From: Trueperaceae bacterium
GTDB lineage: Bacteria > Deinococcota > Deinococci > Deinococcales > Trueperaceae
Length of the DNA: 64,000 bases
Assembly (NCBI GenBank): GCA_040905465.1
Contig: JBBDRK010000043.1
Coordinates: forward strand, 55,004 to 119,003
Direction of reading: 5' to 3'
Shown: piece by piece, positions 1 through 9,726 of the stretch
How the letters are laid out: every line of letters begins with the position of its first letter
How positions within the stretch are numbered: position 1 is the stretch's first letter
The notes under the pieces: generated by a model
Seen by the model: the letters and a program-made list of their open reading frames with translations, nothing else
Databases searched by the model: none
Told to the model about the DNA's origin: nothing
Program-made: the position numbers and the translations under genes

Positions 1-293
1 CCAAAGGCGTTGCTGAGCGGCTGGTTTTCTACAAGCATGCGTTGAGGAACTCCTTGATCCCGGTCGTCACCGAGCTGGGCTTGCAGGCAGGACTCATTCT
101 CGGCGGGGTCGTGACGATCGAATTGGTCTTCTCTTACCCCGGGATCGGATTACTGGTGCTGACCGCCATCGGTCAACGCGACTATCCGATCCTCCAGTCC
201 GTTCTCCTGATCGTGAGCTTCCTGTTCTTCGTCATAAACTTCCTGGTCGATCTCTCCTACGCCTTGCTCAATCCGCGGATCACCTACTCGTGA
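1..293 (+). CDS. Peptide/nickel-type ABC transporter permease (DppB/OppB family), 5'-truncated by the window edge
   Basis: C-terminal motif RNSLIPVVT...GGVVTIELVFSYPGIG...RDYPILQ...DLSYALLNPRI; the reading frame continues upstream of the called start. Confidence 0.9.
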   Translation, partial: KGVAERLVFYKHALRNSLIPVVTELGLQAGLILGGVVTIELVFSYPGIGLLVLTAIGQRDYPILQSVLLIVSFLFFVINFLVDLSYALLNPRITYS

Positions 294-1141
294 CCCACAG
301 ACGCTGGCGACTCATGACCAAGCCCTTCAGGCAGAGCGCCGAGCTGTCTATCGGCACGTTCATGCTCGTAGGGCTTGCCGCGCTGTTCCTGGTAGGCCCG
401 TCTCTGGCACCCTATCCGCCATCGCGCATGGGCGTGGGACCTCCGTTCGCGCCGGCGTTCGAGAGTGGACACCTGTTGGGCACCGACGAGCTCGGGAGGG
501 ACGTCCTGTCGCGGGTCGTGCACGGCACGCGCTACTCGCTCCTGGTCACCCTCGCGTCGGCGGTCCTCGCCACGGTGGTAGGCGGCTTCCTCGGGATGCT
601 CTCAGGGTACTACTCGGGTTGGCTGGACATCGGGGTCATGCGCCTGGCAGACCTGCTGCTGTCGTTCCCCGGGCTCCTGTTGGCGATCGTGATCGTAGCC
701 ATAATGGGACCCGGCATCACCAACACCGCGATCGTGATCGGCGCAGTGTACGCTCCTCGCGTCGCCCGCATCAGCCGTGGTGCCGTGTTGGCGGCGAAGG
801 AGAATGACTACGTTACCGCCGCCACCGCCCTCGGCGTGCGCTCGCTGAGGGTCCTCATGCGGCACATCCTTCCCAACATCCTGCCCACGGTCGCAATCTA
901 TATGAGCCTGCTCCTTGCATACGGGCTCCTCTTCGAAGCCTCGCTGTCGTTCCTGGGCCTGGGCGTGCAGCCGCCGTTGCCTTCATGGGGCGGCATGCTG
1001 CGCTCTGCCCGCACGTTCATCCAGATCGCCCCCGGCCTTTCGATCTGGCCCGGTTTGGCGATTCTGTATGCGGTGCTGACCTTTTTCTTCCTTTCCGAAG
1101 GCCTTCGTGCCGTTCTGGACCCGAGGCTTCGCGATCGGTGA
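290..1141 (+). CDS. Peptide/nickel-type ABC transporter permease (DppC/OppC family)
   Basis: HLLGTDELGRDVLSR, EAA-like loop DYVTAATALG, RHILPN, EASLSFLGLGVQPPLPSWG; GTGA overlap with the upstream permease. Confidence 0.93.
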   Translation: MTHRRWRLMTKPFRQSAELSIGTFMLVGLAALFLVGPSLAPYPPSRMGVGPPFAPAFESGHLLGTDELGRDVLSRVVHGTRYSLLVTLASAVLATVVGGFLGMLSGYYSGWLDIGVMRLADLLLSFPGLLLAIVIVAIMGPGITNTAIVIGAVYAPRVARISRGAVLAAKENDYVTAATALGVRSLRVLMRHILPNILPTVAIYMSLLLAYGLLFEASLSFLGLGVQPPLPSWGGMLRSARTFIQIAPGLSIWPGLAILYAVLTFFFLSEGLRAVLDPRLRDR

Positions 1142-1184
1142 GAGCGACTCGGTCTACTCGTAACCCTGAACCGGAGGAGTCCGA

Positions 1185-2717
1185 ATGAACGTATGGGTTC
1201 TCTCGCTCGATATAGGCACCACCTCTGTGAAGGCGGCGGCCGTTACGCTCGATGGGCAGTCGCTCGCTTCAAGGACCTCCCCGTACCGCACCCACCGGCC
1301 GCGCCCGAACGTAGTCGAGCATGATCCGAACGACTGGTGGGCGGCGACCCGAAAGGCCTGTGCCGAGCTGTTCGGCGCCTCCGGTGTCGAGCCGTCGGAC
1401 CTGGTCGCCGTCGGGCTGAGCGGGATGGCGGCCACGCATGTGCTGCTTGGAGCCGACGGTGGCCTGATGGGTCCCGCCATCATCTGGCAGGACACCCGGG
1501 CAACGCGTGAAGCAGCTCGGTTGAATGAGCAACTTGGCGAAGATGGGATTCGCGCCGCACTCGGGTCCGGCATCGGCATGACGGCCTCGATGCAGGGCGC
1601 CCGCATGCTGTGGCTGCACGAAAATGCGCCCGAACTCCTGGCTGGAACGCGCCACATCCTGGGCTCGAAGGATTACCTTCTCTACCTGCTCACAGGGGAG
1701 CTGGCCACCGATAGGACCTCGTGCAGTGGCTTGTGCCATATTCTTACCGGGGAGTTGCATGCGGCGATGGCGAGCGCGACCGGCGTCGATGCAAGCCTCC
1801 TTCCGCCACGGCTGGACCCGACAACCGTCGGAGGTCGTGTCACAGCGGGGGCGTCTCGCGCAACGGGCATTCCCGAGGGGACACCGGTTGCGGTGGGAAT
1901 GATCGACTCCTGGTGCAATATCCTTGGCGCCGCCGTCACCGATCCCGGCGACGCGTTCGATACCGCCGGCACGGCGGAGGTCGTAGGTGTGGCGGCTGCC
2001 GCCAACTCCAGGCTGGCCCAGACGTCCGAGCGCCAGTTCCTCACCGAGGTGGCGCTGTCGTACGGTGTCACCCAGTGCGGAACGGACGCATTGACCTGGT
2101 ACGGGGAGGTTTTTCCTGAGCATGGTGCCGATGGCGCCCAGCTCGGTGAGGATTCGCTCTATCGTCATCTGGATGGCCTGGCGGACTCGGCTGCCCCCGG
2201 AGCCGACGGACTGATCTTCCTCCCATACCTGCAGGGGGAACGGGCCCCCTTCTCGGACTCCCGCGTACGGGCCGGGTTCCACGGGGTTCACCGGGGTCAC
2301 CGCCGTCCCGATTTCGTCCGTTCTGTGCTCGAGGGAGTCGCTTTCAGCGTGCGTCATGTCCTGGAGGCGCACGAGGAGCTCGGTGAGGTCCAGGCAAGTC
2401 AGGTAGTGGTGACCAGTGGCGGATCGAAGAGCCGGCTGTGGAACCAGATCAAGGCGGACGTGGTGGGCCGGCCGTTCGCCAGCCTCGAAGTCAGCGACGC
2501 CGGGTCGGTCGGTGCCGCTATACTCGGCGCGGTTGCCGTCGGACGGTATTCGATTACGGAGGGGGTAGAGCGAATGGTCCGTATTGCCACCGTGTCCGAG
2601 CCCCAGCCGGGGCTTCGCGACCGATACGACGAACTCTACGGGTTGTATCTGCAGCTCGGCACGACGTTGCGAGACGTCCATCATCGGATCGCCGACTATC
2701 AGGCACGGGAAGGGTGA
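1185..2717 (+). CDS. FGGY-family carbohydrate kinase (xylulokinase-like)
   Basis: DIGTTSVK, IIWQDTR, KDYL, PYLQGERAP, RSVLEGVAF, WNQIKADV; SD GGAGG upstream. Confidence 0.9.
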   Translation: MNVWVLSLDIGTTSVKAAAVTLDGQSLASRTSPYRTHRPRPNVVEHDPNDWWAATRKACAELFGASGVEPSDLVAVGLSGMAATHVLLGADGGLMGPAIIWQDTRATREAARLNEQLGEDGIRAALGSGIGMTASMQGARMLWLHENAPELLAGTRHILGSKDYLLYLLTGELATDRTSCSGLCHILTGELHAAMASATGVDASLLPPRLDPTTVGGRVTAGASRATGIPEGTPVAVGMIDSWCNILGAAVTDPGDAFDTAGTAEVVGVAAAANSRLAQTSERQFLTEVALSYGVTQCGTDALTWYGEVFPEHGADGAQLGEDSLYRHLDGLADSAAPGADGLIFLPYLQGERAPFSDSRVRAGFHGVHRGHRRPDFVRSVLEGVAFSVRHVLEAHEELGEVQASQVVVTSGGSKSRLWNQIKADVVGRPFASLEVSDAGSVGAAILGAVAVGRYSITEGVERMVRIATVSEPQPGLRDRYDELYGLYLQLGTTLRDVHHRIADYQAREG

Positions 2718-2792
2718 AGCGGTGCTAAAACTCGAAGCCGGCACATCTTGCCCTCCAATCGACGCGGCACATGCACTGTCTGGGGGAGGCTC

Positions 2793-3491
2793 ATGGCCAG
2801 GCTAGCCGCGTCGCTTCTCGCTGCCGACCCCGGGCGGCTGGCAGAGGCAACGATAGCCGCCGACGAGTTCGGTATACCCGTATTGCACCTCGATGCCGTC
2901 GACGGCCACTTCGCCAGGTGGATAGCCTTTGGACCTGATACGGTCGCCGCCCTGCGCCCGTTGTTCAAGGGCTTCTTCGATGTGCACCTGATGCTCATGC
3001 AGCCGGAGCGGCACATCGAGCGCTATGCCGAGGCCGGAGCGGACGGGATGACGGTTCACCTCGACGCTACCCTTCACCATCATCGGCACCTCGGTTCGAT
3101 CCGCAAGCTCGGCTGCGAAGCGGGCGTGGCTATCAGTCCCGGCACCCCGATCGAAGCCGCCCTGGAGCTGTTCCAGCTCGAGTCGGTCGATCGCCTGCTC
3201 ATCATGAGTGTCAATCCCGGATTCGCAGCGGCACCGTTTCTGGAGAATCTGTTGCGGAAGGTCGACCGTGCCAGACGGTTACGGGACGAAAACGGGTGGC
3301 ACTTTCAGATATCGGTCGATGGCGGGATGAACATTCAAAACGTCGGGCCGGTCGTCGATGCCGGGGCCGACGTTATAGTCAGCGGCAGCGGCCTCTACTC
3401 CGGTCCGTCGTTCGCAGAGAGTGCCAGGGCCCTGATGGATGCCCTCGAGCAGCGGTTTGATGAAGACGGTCGGCGCGATCAGGCGGTATAA
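2793..3491 (+). CDS. Ribulose-phosphate 3-epimerase family protein (Rpe/AlsE/SgcE-like)
   Basis: ASLLAAD, HLDAVDGHF, DVHLM, MSVNPGF, VDGG, VSGS; ATG 2793 preceded by GGGAGG. Confidence 0.88.
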   Translation: MARLAASLLAADPGRLAEATIAADEFGIPVLHLDAVDGHFARWIAFGPDTVAALRPLFKGFFDVHLMLMQPERHIERYAEAGADGMTVHLDATLHHHRHLGSIRKLGCEAGVAISPGTPIEAALELFQLESVDRLLIMSVNPGFAAAPFLENLLRKVDRARRLRDENGWHFQISVDGGMNIQNVGPVVDAGADVIVSGSGLYSGPSFAESARALMDALEQRFDEDGRRDQAV

Positions 3492-4273
3492 CCGCCGTCG
3501 ACGGCCAGGATGGCTCCGGTAGTGTATCCGGCGTCGTCACAGGCAAAGTAGGCGATGGCCGCTGCGATCTCCTGCGGTGTCCCCAGTCTGCCGGCGGGCC
3601 GCGTCGCATAGCGTGCCAGAGCGGCCTGCGGATCGGGGGTGAGCGCCACCGCGTTCAGAACCATGGGCGTACGCGTCGTTCCAGGGCAGACGCAATTCAC
3701 CCGCACGCCGTCATCGGCCAGATCGAGTGCCATGCAGCGCGTGAGCTCGACCACGGCCGCCTTGGCTGCACAGTATCCCGCCAGCCCTCGTATTCCTTTC
3801 AGGCCCGCCTCCGAAGAGACGTTTACGATGGCGCCGCGGCCCTGCCGCTTCATGATCCGGGCCCCTTCACGGGCGCAGTAGAACGTCCCGGTGAGGTTGA
3901 CAGCTATCAGCTCGTTCCACACGTCGCTGGACGTCTCGTCTGCAGCGCCGCGCGTCAGCAGCCCGGCCGAGTTCACGAGCACCGTAGGAGAACCCAATCG
4001 CGACTCCACTTCGGCAAAGGCGTTCTCGACGCTGCCGTCGTCGGTCACGTCGCAGCGAACCCACTCACCCTGCGGAGCATCGCTCGGCAGTCGTCGCAGA
4101 ACTTTGCGTGCCGCCTTCTCGTCGCGGCTGAGTATCGCCACTCTGGCACCGGACGAAGCGAGCAGTTCGGCGGTGGCCGCGCCTATACCGCTCGAGCCGC
4201 CGACCACCACTGCTACATGGCCCGCGAAGTCGTAGCGTATTGAAGCCCGAGCCGTTCCTTGCGATTCCGTCAT
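3479..4273 (-). CDS. SDR-family oxidoreductase
   Basis: GGSSGIG, NSAG, NVSS, YCAAK, RVNCVCPG, VDGGYT; start moved to the second ATG behind a GGAGG SD. Confidence 0.9.
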   Translation of the reverse strand: MTESQGTARASIRYDFAGHVAVVVGGSSGIGAATAELLASSGARVAILSRDEKAARKVLRRLPSDAPQGEWVRCDVTDDGSVENAFAEVESRLGSPTVLVNSAGLLTRGAADETSSDVWNELIAVNLTGTFYCAREGARIMKRQGRGAIVNVSSEAGLKGIRGLAGYCAAKAAVVELTRCMALDLADDGVRVNCVCPGTTRTPMVLNAVALTPDPQAALARYATRPAGRLGTPQEIAAAIAYFACDDAGYTTGAILAVDGGYTA

Positions 4274-4299
4274 GAGCAAACCTCCGCCGTCCACGGCGC

Positions 4300-5415
4300 C
4301 TAGCGGCGAGAAAAGTCGAAACCGGAGTCAATACCCCCGATGGCGGATGCCAGAAGCTCGATCAGGCCATCGAGGTCGGCAAGGTCCGTGGTTTCGATCG
4401 GGGTATGCGCGTAGCGCCGAGGGGTTCCGACATCTATACAGGCGACGCCTTCCCCCACGAGCTGTACGTATGCGGCGTCCGTGAGTCCCCCGAACCCTGC
4501 ATTGCGTTGGAGCGGGACACCGGTTGCTTTGGCCGTACCCTCGATCAGACGAACCAGTGCCGGGTGCGGCAGTAGTCCGTTTAGTGTGCCCCTACCGTGG
4601 AAGTTGTAAAGCGACATGGTTGGCCCTTCGCCCAACCTCACATGACTCATTCCATAGAGATCAGGGGTGTCCGCGGCCGCTCCCCCATCGACGCAGATCG
4701 CGATGTCTGGACGAAGCGCATTGGCCGCGGGCTGTGCGCCCCTGAGGTTGAATTCCTCCTGCACGGTGGCGACCACATGGACGGTTGCAGCCGGTTTTTT
4801 GACATGCAACTCCCGAAGGACCTCGAGGATTACCAGGCAGCCGCTACGGTTGTCGACGGCCGTGCCACTCACCCGGTTCTTTCCCAACCATTGGGCGTGA
4901 CCCACGTAGGTGACGGGATCTCCGATCTGCACCCCCATCTCGCGCACTTCTTCGGCACTCGTCGCCCCGAGGTCGAGGAACAACTCGGCTAGCGGCGTAA
5001 CACGCAGCTTCTCTTCCGCCGGGGTTACGTGATGGGCCTTCACGGCGATGACTGCGGGGACGTCAGTGCCGTCGCTGGTAGAGACGACCACGCGCAGCGC
5101 GGGAAGGACCTTCTCCGGAATGCCTCCGAGACGGTAGACGCGCACGAACCCGTCGTCTTCGATCTTCCGCACGATGAACCCGAGCGAGTCCATGTGGGCG
5201 AAGAGCATCACCGTGGGAGCGGCAGGATCGCTGCCGTTCACCGTGGCGATGACGTTCCCTAGTCGGTCTTCACGGACCTCATCGGCGAACGGTTGCATGT
5301 TGTCCGCCATGAACGACGCCACTCTTTGTTCGTGTCCGGCGAGCCCCTGCAGGCGCATGAGATCGAACAGCAGCGTGCTGCGCCTATCCCTCTGGTCCGG
5401 TTGATTACTATCCAT
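4300..5415 (-). CDS. M42-family metallohydrolase, SgcX/FrvX-like (paralog 1)
   Basis: AHMD, DNR, VQEE, CVD, RYAH metal ligands; FHGRGTLNGL insertion typical of SgcX. Confidence 0.88.
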   Translation of the reverse strand: MDSNQPDQRDRRSTLLFDLMRLQGLAGHEQRVASFMADNMQPFADEVREDRLGNVIATVNGSDPAAPTVMLFAHMDSLGFIVRKIEDDGFVRVYRLGGIPEKVLPALRVVVSTSDGTDVPAVIAVKAHHVTPAEEKLRVTPLAELFLDLGATSAEEVREMGVQIGDPVTYVGHAQWLGKNRVSGTAVDNRSGCLVILEVLRELHVKKPAATVHVVATVQEEFNLRGAQPAANALRPDIAICVDGGAAADTPDLYGMSHVRLGEGPTMSLYNFHGRGTLNGLLPHPALVRLIEGTAKATGVPLQRNAGFGGLTDAAYVQLVGEGVACIDVGTPRRYAHTPIETTDLADLDGLIELLASAIGGIDSGFDFSRR

Positions 5416-5471
5416 GCTTGCTCACGCTCCTTGTGTGCCAAGAGACTCGTATAGGGTCGAACAGAGGTCGG

Positions 5472-6203
5472 CTATCCGGTCCGCCTCATCAGGCTGAAGG
5501 TTTGGCCGGAGGGGCCGGGGGCTGGGCAGCTAGCCAGGTACAGCGCCAGAGGCACGACATCGTCGGGGTTTTTGATCCACTCCGAGCCAACGTTCATGAC
5601 CGAACCCGAGCCCTTCTCGGCGACGGTCATCTCGGTCCGTACCGGACCGGGAATGAGCTCGTTGACGGATATACCGTACGGAGCGAGTTCGTCGGACAAT
5701 AGTCTGGTGAGTGCCCAAAGTGCAGCCTTCGAGCAGATGTATGACGAGTTGCTGTTGCGGGCATGGTGTCCCGTTCCCGATCCGATCGTCACAACGCGCC
5801 CTCCTGAACTCGACTTCAGGTATGGGATCGCGAGCCGAATACAGTGATACGCCCCAGTGAGGTTGACAGCGATGGTCTGCTGCCAAGCCAGGGGATCGCT
5901 CTCTTCTACCGGACGCTGGTCTACGTTGATCCCCGCGTTCACTACCAGCAGGTCGAGTCGGGCCGCGTCGCCCGTTAGCTCTCTGATCGCTCGCTCCACT
6001 GAGCCGGGGTCGGTGACGTCGGCCTCCAATGGAAGCGCCTTGCCGCCGGCGCTCTCTATGGCAGCACTGGTCGTCCGGATGTCGTCGCGGTTGCGGCCAA
6101 GGCACCCGACGAGCGCGCCTTCCGCGCCATAGGCGCGTGCAATTGCCGCCCCTATGCCGCGACTGGCCCCGGTAACGAGTGCGATCTTCCCTTGTAGTCG
6201 CAT
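5472..6203 (-). CDS. SDR-family oxidoreductase
   Basis: TGASRGIG, VNAG, YICSK, VNELIPGPVRT. Confidence 0.9.
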   Translation of the reverse strand: MRLQGKIALVTGASRGIGAAIARAYGAEGALVGCLGRNRDDIRTTSAAIESAGGKALPLEADVTDPGSVERAIRELTGDAARLDLLVVNAGINVDQRPVEESDPLAWQQTIAVNLTGAYHCIRLAIPYLKSSSGGRVVTIGSGTGHHARNSNSSYICSKAALWALTRLLSDELAPYGISVNELIPGPVRTEMTVAEKGSGSVMNVGSEWIKNPDDVVPLALYLASCPAPGPSGQTFSLMRRTG

Positions 6204-6250
6204 GGCCTCACCTTCTTTGGTCGGGTTGCGAACTGGCGAGCTGGCGTTCG

Positions 6251-7036
6251 TTACCAGGACGTATACCCGCCGTCTATCACGAGATTTGTGCCTGTTGCAT
6301 ATGAGGAAGCGTCGGAAGCCAGATAGAGTACTGCCCGGGCGACTTCGAGAGGCTCACCGACCCTCCCCATGGGGGTCATGCTGACCCACGTTTCCGCCCA
6401 GGCAGGATTGGCCATACCCCGCTTGGTCAAGGCGGTGCCGATATAGCCTGGCGACACCGAGTTCACCCGCACGTTGCGCCCAGCCCACTCTGTCGCCAAC
6501 GACTTGGTAAGCATGATGACCCCGGCCTTCGAAACGTTGTAATGGACCTGCGGCTGCGGCTTGTTGGCAACGAGGCCGGACATGGACGCGATATTCACGA
6601 TGACTCCGGCTTCCTTCCGGAGCATGTGCCGCCCTACCTCGCGGCACATCCAGAAGGCACCGTTGAGGTTCACGTCGAGCACATCGCGCCACTCGGTATC
6701 CGCGATCTCTTCCGCGGCGGTGTTGTATACGATCCCGGCATTGTTGACCAGCACGTCGATCCGGGAGAAGTCGTCGACCACATTGGCGACCACGTCACGA
6801 ACCTGTTCCGGATCACGCACGTCCAATTCGTACGATGCTGCCTTCGCCCCGGTTCGACCCAGCTCCTCGGCCGCCGTTCGGCCGGCTTTGCCGTCGAACT
6901 CGGCGATGGCGACGTCGGCTCCCGCAGCAGCCAGAAGGTCGGCGATCGCCCGGCCGATTCCCCGACCAGCGCCGGTTATCAGTGCTGTACGCCCCGCCAG
7001 GCTCGTATGCGGTTCGCTGCTCGGTCTCCCATTCAC
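6251..7036 (-). CDS. SDR-family oxidoreductase (polyol dehydrogenase/ketose reductase-like)
   Basis: TGAGRGIG, NNAG, NIASMSG, ANKPQPQVHYNVSK, IDGGYTSW. Confidence 0.88.
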   Translation of the reverse strand: MNGRPSSEPHTSLAGRTALITGAGRGIGRAIADLLAAAGADVAIAEFDGKAGRTAAEELGRTGAKAASYELDVRDPEQVRDVVANVVDDFSRIDVLVNNAGIVYNTAAEEIADTEWRDVLDVNLNGAFWMCREVGRHMLRKEAGVIVNIASMSGLVANKPQPQVHYNVSKAGVIMLTKSLATEWAGRNVRVNSVSPGYIGTALTKRGMANPAWAETWVSMTPMGRVGEPLEVARAVLYLASDASSYATGTNLVIDGGYTSW

Positions 7037-7094
7037 TGTCGTCGCCTCCCGAACGAAAGTGGCGGCCTGACAGAAGAACGCAGAACGGCGTCGA

Positions 7095-8534
7095 TCATCG
7101 CCACTCGCGACTCCAATCCGCGGTTGTCCGGTTGCTCTCTATGAGCCACTCGCGAAGTACCGAAAGGAGTTCCTGTTTGATGTGACCGCTCGCAGGGTCG
7201 TCCCACAGGTTGCGTGTCTCCTCCGGGTCATCGGTCAGGTCGAACAGTTGGCCGAACGCCTCTTGGTGGAAGTGCACCAACTTCCATTCGACAGACCTGA
7301 CCATAGTCATGAAGGAGGTCTCGTTCAGGATGAAGTCTCGCCCCTGCTCGGCGAACACGTAGTCGCGTCCTTCGCTGCTGATGCCGGTAAGAACCGGCAT
7401 CAGCGAACGCGCTTCCATGTGAGACGGAGGATCTATTCCGGCCAGCTGAAGGATCGTTGGGCCGAGGTCCATCCACTGGAATAGCTGGTCGAACACCTCA
7501 CCGGCCGGAATCCTGCCCGGACTCCAAACGATCGCTGGAACCCGAGTGACGATGTCGTACATTGTCCACTTCTGGCTGTGGCCGTGGTCCCCGAGACAGT
7601 CGCCGTGGTCTGAGGTGAAGATCACGACAGCATCGTCCAGATAGCCTCTCTCTTCGAGCTTGGCGAAGATCGCGCCGACCTTCTCGTCGATCAAGGTCAC
7701 GTTTGCCAGGTAGTGGGCGCGGACCCGTCTGAGCTTCTCCGGAGACGCATCCAGGTCGAATACGACGGCGTCATGGTCGACTTCTGCATGATTGCGCCGT
7801 AGCGCATGCAACGGCGGCGGTTGCAGGTCTAACTCCGGGGCCGTCACACCTTGGATCGGCAGCTCCTTCTCGAGGTAGGGATCGACGTATCGCTGCGGCG
7901 GGTCATAGGGAGGATGGGGCCCAGGGAAGCCGATCTCCATAAACAGCGGTTCCTGCTTCGGTTGCTTATCGAGCCACCAGCATGCGAGGTCGCCGACAAA
8001 GGTGTCGGGATGCAGGTCCTCGGGAAGCTCCCAGGGGATAGCTCCCATCTCCTCGTCGTAGTCGGGGCGGTTGCGATAGCTGACACGCCCCGGCTTATCT
8101 AGGCCTCGGGCGTGGAGCGCCTTGTCCCACTCGTCGAGATACAGTTCCGCTCCGAAATGACGATCCTTGTTCTCGACGACATAGCGCTCGTGGAAGCCCA
8201 GCGGAGTTTCGGGAGGGAAGGTGTGCATCTTGCCGATATTCACACAGCGGTAGCCGGCATCCGCGAGGAGTTCGACCCAGGAGTGTTTCCACTGGTCCTC
8301 GTTCTTGAAGACACCGGTAGTATGCGGATAGTGGCCGGAAAAGAGGCTGGCACGAGAAGGAGCGCAGCTCGGCGCGGTTATGTGGCAGTTGGCCAGCACT
8401 GCTCCCTCGTTCGCCAGACGATCGAGGTGCGGGGTGTCGACGAAGGGGAACCCCAGTGCAGCGATGGTGTCATACCGCTGCTGGTCCGTGATGATTAGGA
8501 TGATGTTGGGGGGGCCGGCTGTCATACTCGACAC
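7095..8534 (-). CDS. Cys-type sulfatase (sulfatase-like hydrolase/transferase)
   Basis: PNIILIITDQQR, CAPSR (CxPxR), GKMH, PHPPY, FTSDHG. Confidence 0.92.
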   Translation of the reverse strand: MSSMTAGPPNIILIITDQQRYDTIAALGFPFVDTPHLDRLANEGAVLANCHITAPSCAPSRASLFSGHYPHTTGVFKNEDQWKHSWVELLADAGYRCVNIGKMHTFPPETPLGFHERYVVENKDRHFGAELYLDEWDKALHARGLDKPGRVSYRNRPDYDEEMGAIPWELPEDLHPDTFVGDLACWWLDKQPKQEPLFMEIGFPGPHPPYDPPQRYVDPYLEKELPIQGVTAPELDLQPPPLHALRRNHAEVDHDAVVFDLDASPEKLRRVRAHYLANVTLIDEKVGAIFAKLEERGYLDDAVVIFTSDHGDCLGDHGHSQKWTMYDIVTRVPAIVWSPGRIPAGEVFDQLFQWMDLGPTILQLAGIDPPSHMEARSLMPVLTGISSEGRDYVFAEQGRDFILNETSFMTMVRSVEWKLVHFHQEAFGQLFDLTDDPEETRNLWDDPASGHIKQELLSVLREWLIESNRTTADWSREWR

Positions 8535-8577
8535 CTTTCGACACTCACAAGTTCGGCCGCCTGCAAGCCGGCGACAG

Positions 8578-9618
8578 CTAGCCTTCGGAAGTAATCGCGA
8601 CCTTCAGGCCGATCTGATTGCCTGCAGCTTCGAATGCCTCGACAGTCTTCGCGAGTGGAAAGGTGTGCGTTATCACCTGACGGCCGTCCACCTTACCCTC
8701 TGCCAGCATCTTCAGGGCACGGCGCGAATGTTCGACACCGGCGTTGGAGGTTCCGAATACGAAGATCTGGCGATAGTGGATCTTGTTGGTGTCGAGTGCG
8801 ACCTCTTTGGTGCCGAAAGGGAGACCGGCAAAGAATGAGACCGTGCCACCGGCTCGTACCAGATCGAGAGACTGTTGCTGGGCCACTGGAACCGGGGCAG
8901 CGACGATCACCACGTCTGCTCCCAGGCCGTCGGTAGCAGCAAGCACCTCGGCCACGACATCCTGTCTCGACGCATTGATGAGTGTGGCCGAGAGATCTTG
9001 TGGAACCATACCGAGTCGCTCGTCCGAGACATCGACCACCAACAGCGGCTGTACTCTCCGAGCGCTGCACACTTGTGCATGCATGATGCCGATCGGGCCC
9101 GCCCCGATCACCACTACGGAATCGCCTGGCTTCAGGTCCAGGTGACCGTGGGTGTTGAGGATGCATGCAAGGGGCTCTGTAAGCGCAGCCTCCTCCAGGC
9201 TGAGGTGCGGAGGCACATGATGCAGGTTGCCGTTTGAAACCATCGACTCCGGAATGCGAACTGATTCGGCGAAGCCGCCCTTTCCGCCGAGGCCCTGGTA
9301 GTTCGTGCAGAGCCATTCCTGGTCTGTGTTGCAGTAGTGACACTCGCCGCAGCCTCTACCGGAGGGAGACAGGGCAACCCGGTCCCCTACCTCGAACCCC
9401 TCTACCTCGGCGCCTACCTCACTTACGATACCGGCGACTTCGTGGCCCAATACCGCGGGAAGCTTGATCTTCCGGTGACCATACTTGAAGACCTTCAGGT
9501 CCGTCCCGCAGATGGTGCAGACTTTGACTTGTACTATCACGTCGCCGGGTCCGCACACGGGCTCCGGCAGATCCTGCATCTCCAGTTGACCTACACTCGA
9601 TAGCATTGCCGCTTTCAT
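8578..9618 (-). CDS. Zn-dependent (MDR) alcohol/polyol dehydrogenase
   Basis: ICGTD, GHE, structural Zn CGECHYC...C, TEPLAC, GAGPIG. Confidence 0.92.
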   Translation of the reverse strand: MKAAMLSSVGQLEMQDLPEPVCGPGDVIVQVKVCTICGTDLKVFKYGHRKIKLPAVLGHEVAGIVSEVGAEVEGFEVGDRVALSPSGRGCGECHYCNTDQEWLCTNYQGLGGKGGFAESVRIPESMVSNGNLHHVPPHLSLEEAALTEPLACILNTHGHLDLKPGDSVVVIGAGPIGIMHAQVCSARRVQPLLVVDVSDERLGMVPQDLSATLINASRQDVVAEVLAATDGLGADVVIVAAPVPVAQQQSLDLVRAGGTVSFFAGLPFGTKEVALDTNKIHYRQIFVFGTSNAGVEHSRRALKMLAEGKVDGRQVITHTFPLAKTVEAFEAAGNQIGLKVAITSEG

Positions 9619-9726
9619 CTCAGGTCTCGCTTCCAGGTGAATTGGAACCCGCGTGGCGGGTTGGGCGTCGAGTACTGCATCTGCCGCTCCTCGCCGCCCT
9701 GCCCCGCAGGCCCGGCGGCCAGAAAC

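Noticed and set aside
1269-2744. 491-aa antisense ORF over the first FGGY kinase
   Set aside because: Shadow ORF of a high-GC gene; no motifs; the sense strand has a clear family assignment.
3479-3491. Convergent 3' overlaps (rpe-like/SDR here; permease/ygfA at 59875-59894)
   Set aside because: Short tail-to-tail overlaps are common in compact GC-rich genomes.
9385-9422. Repeated CCTACCTC motifs
   Set aside because: Simply the codons for EVGAEVEGFEVG in the dehydrogenase.
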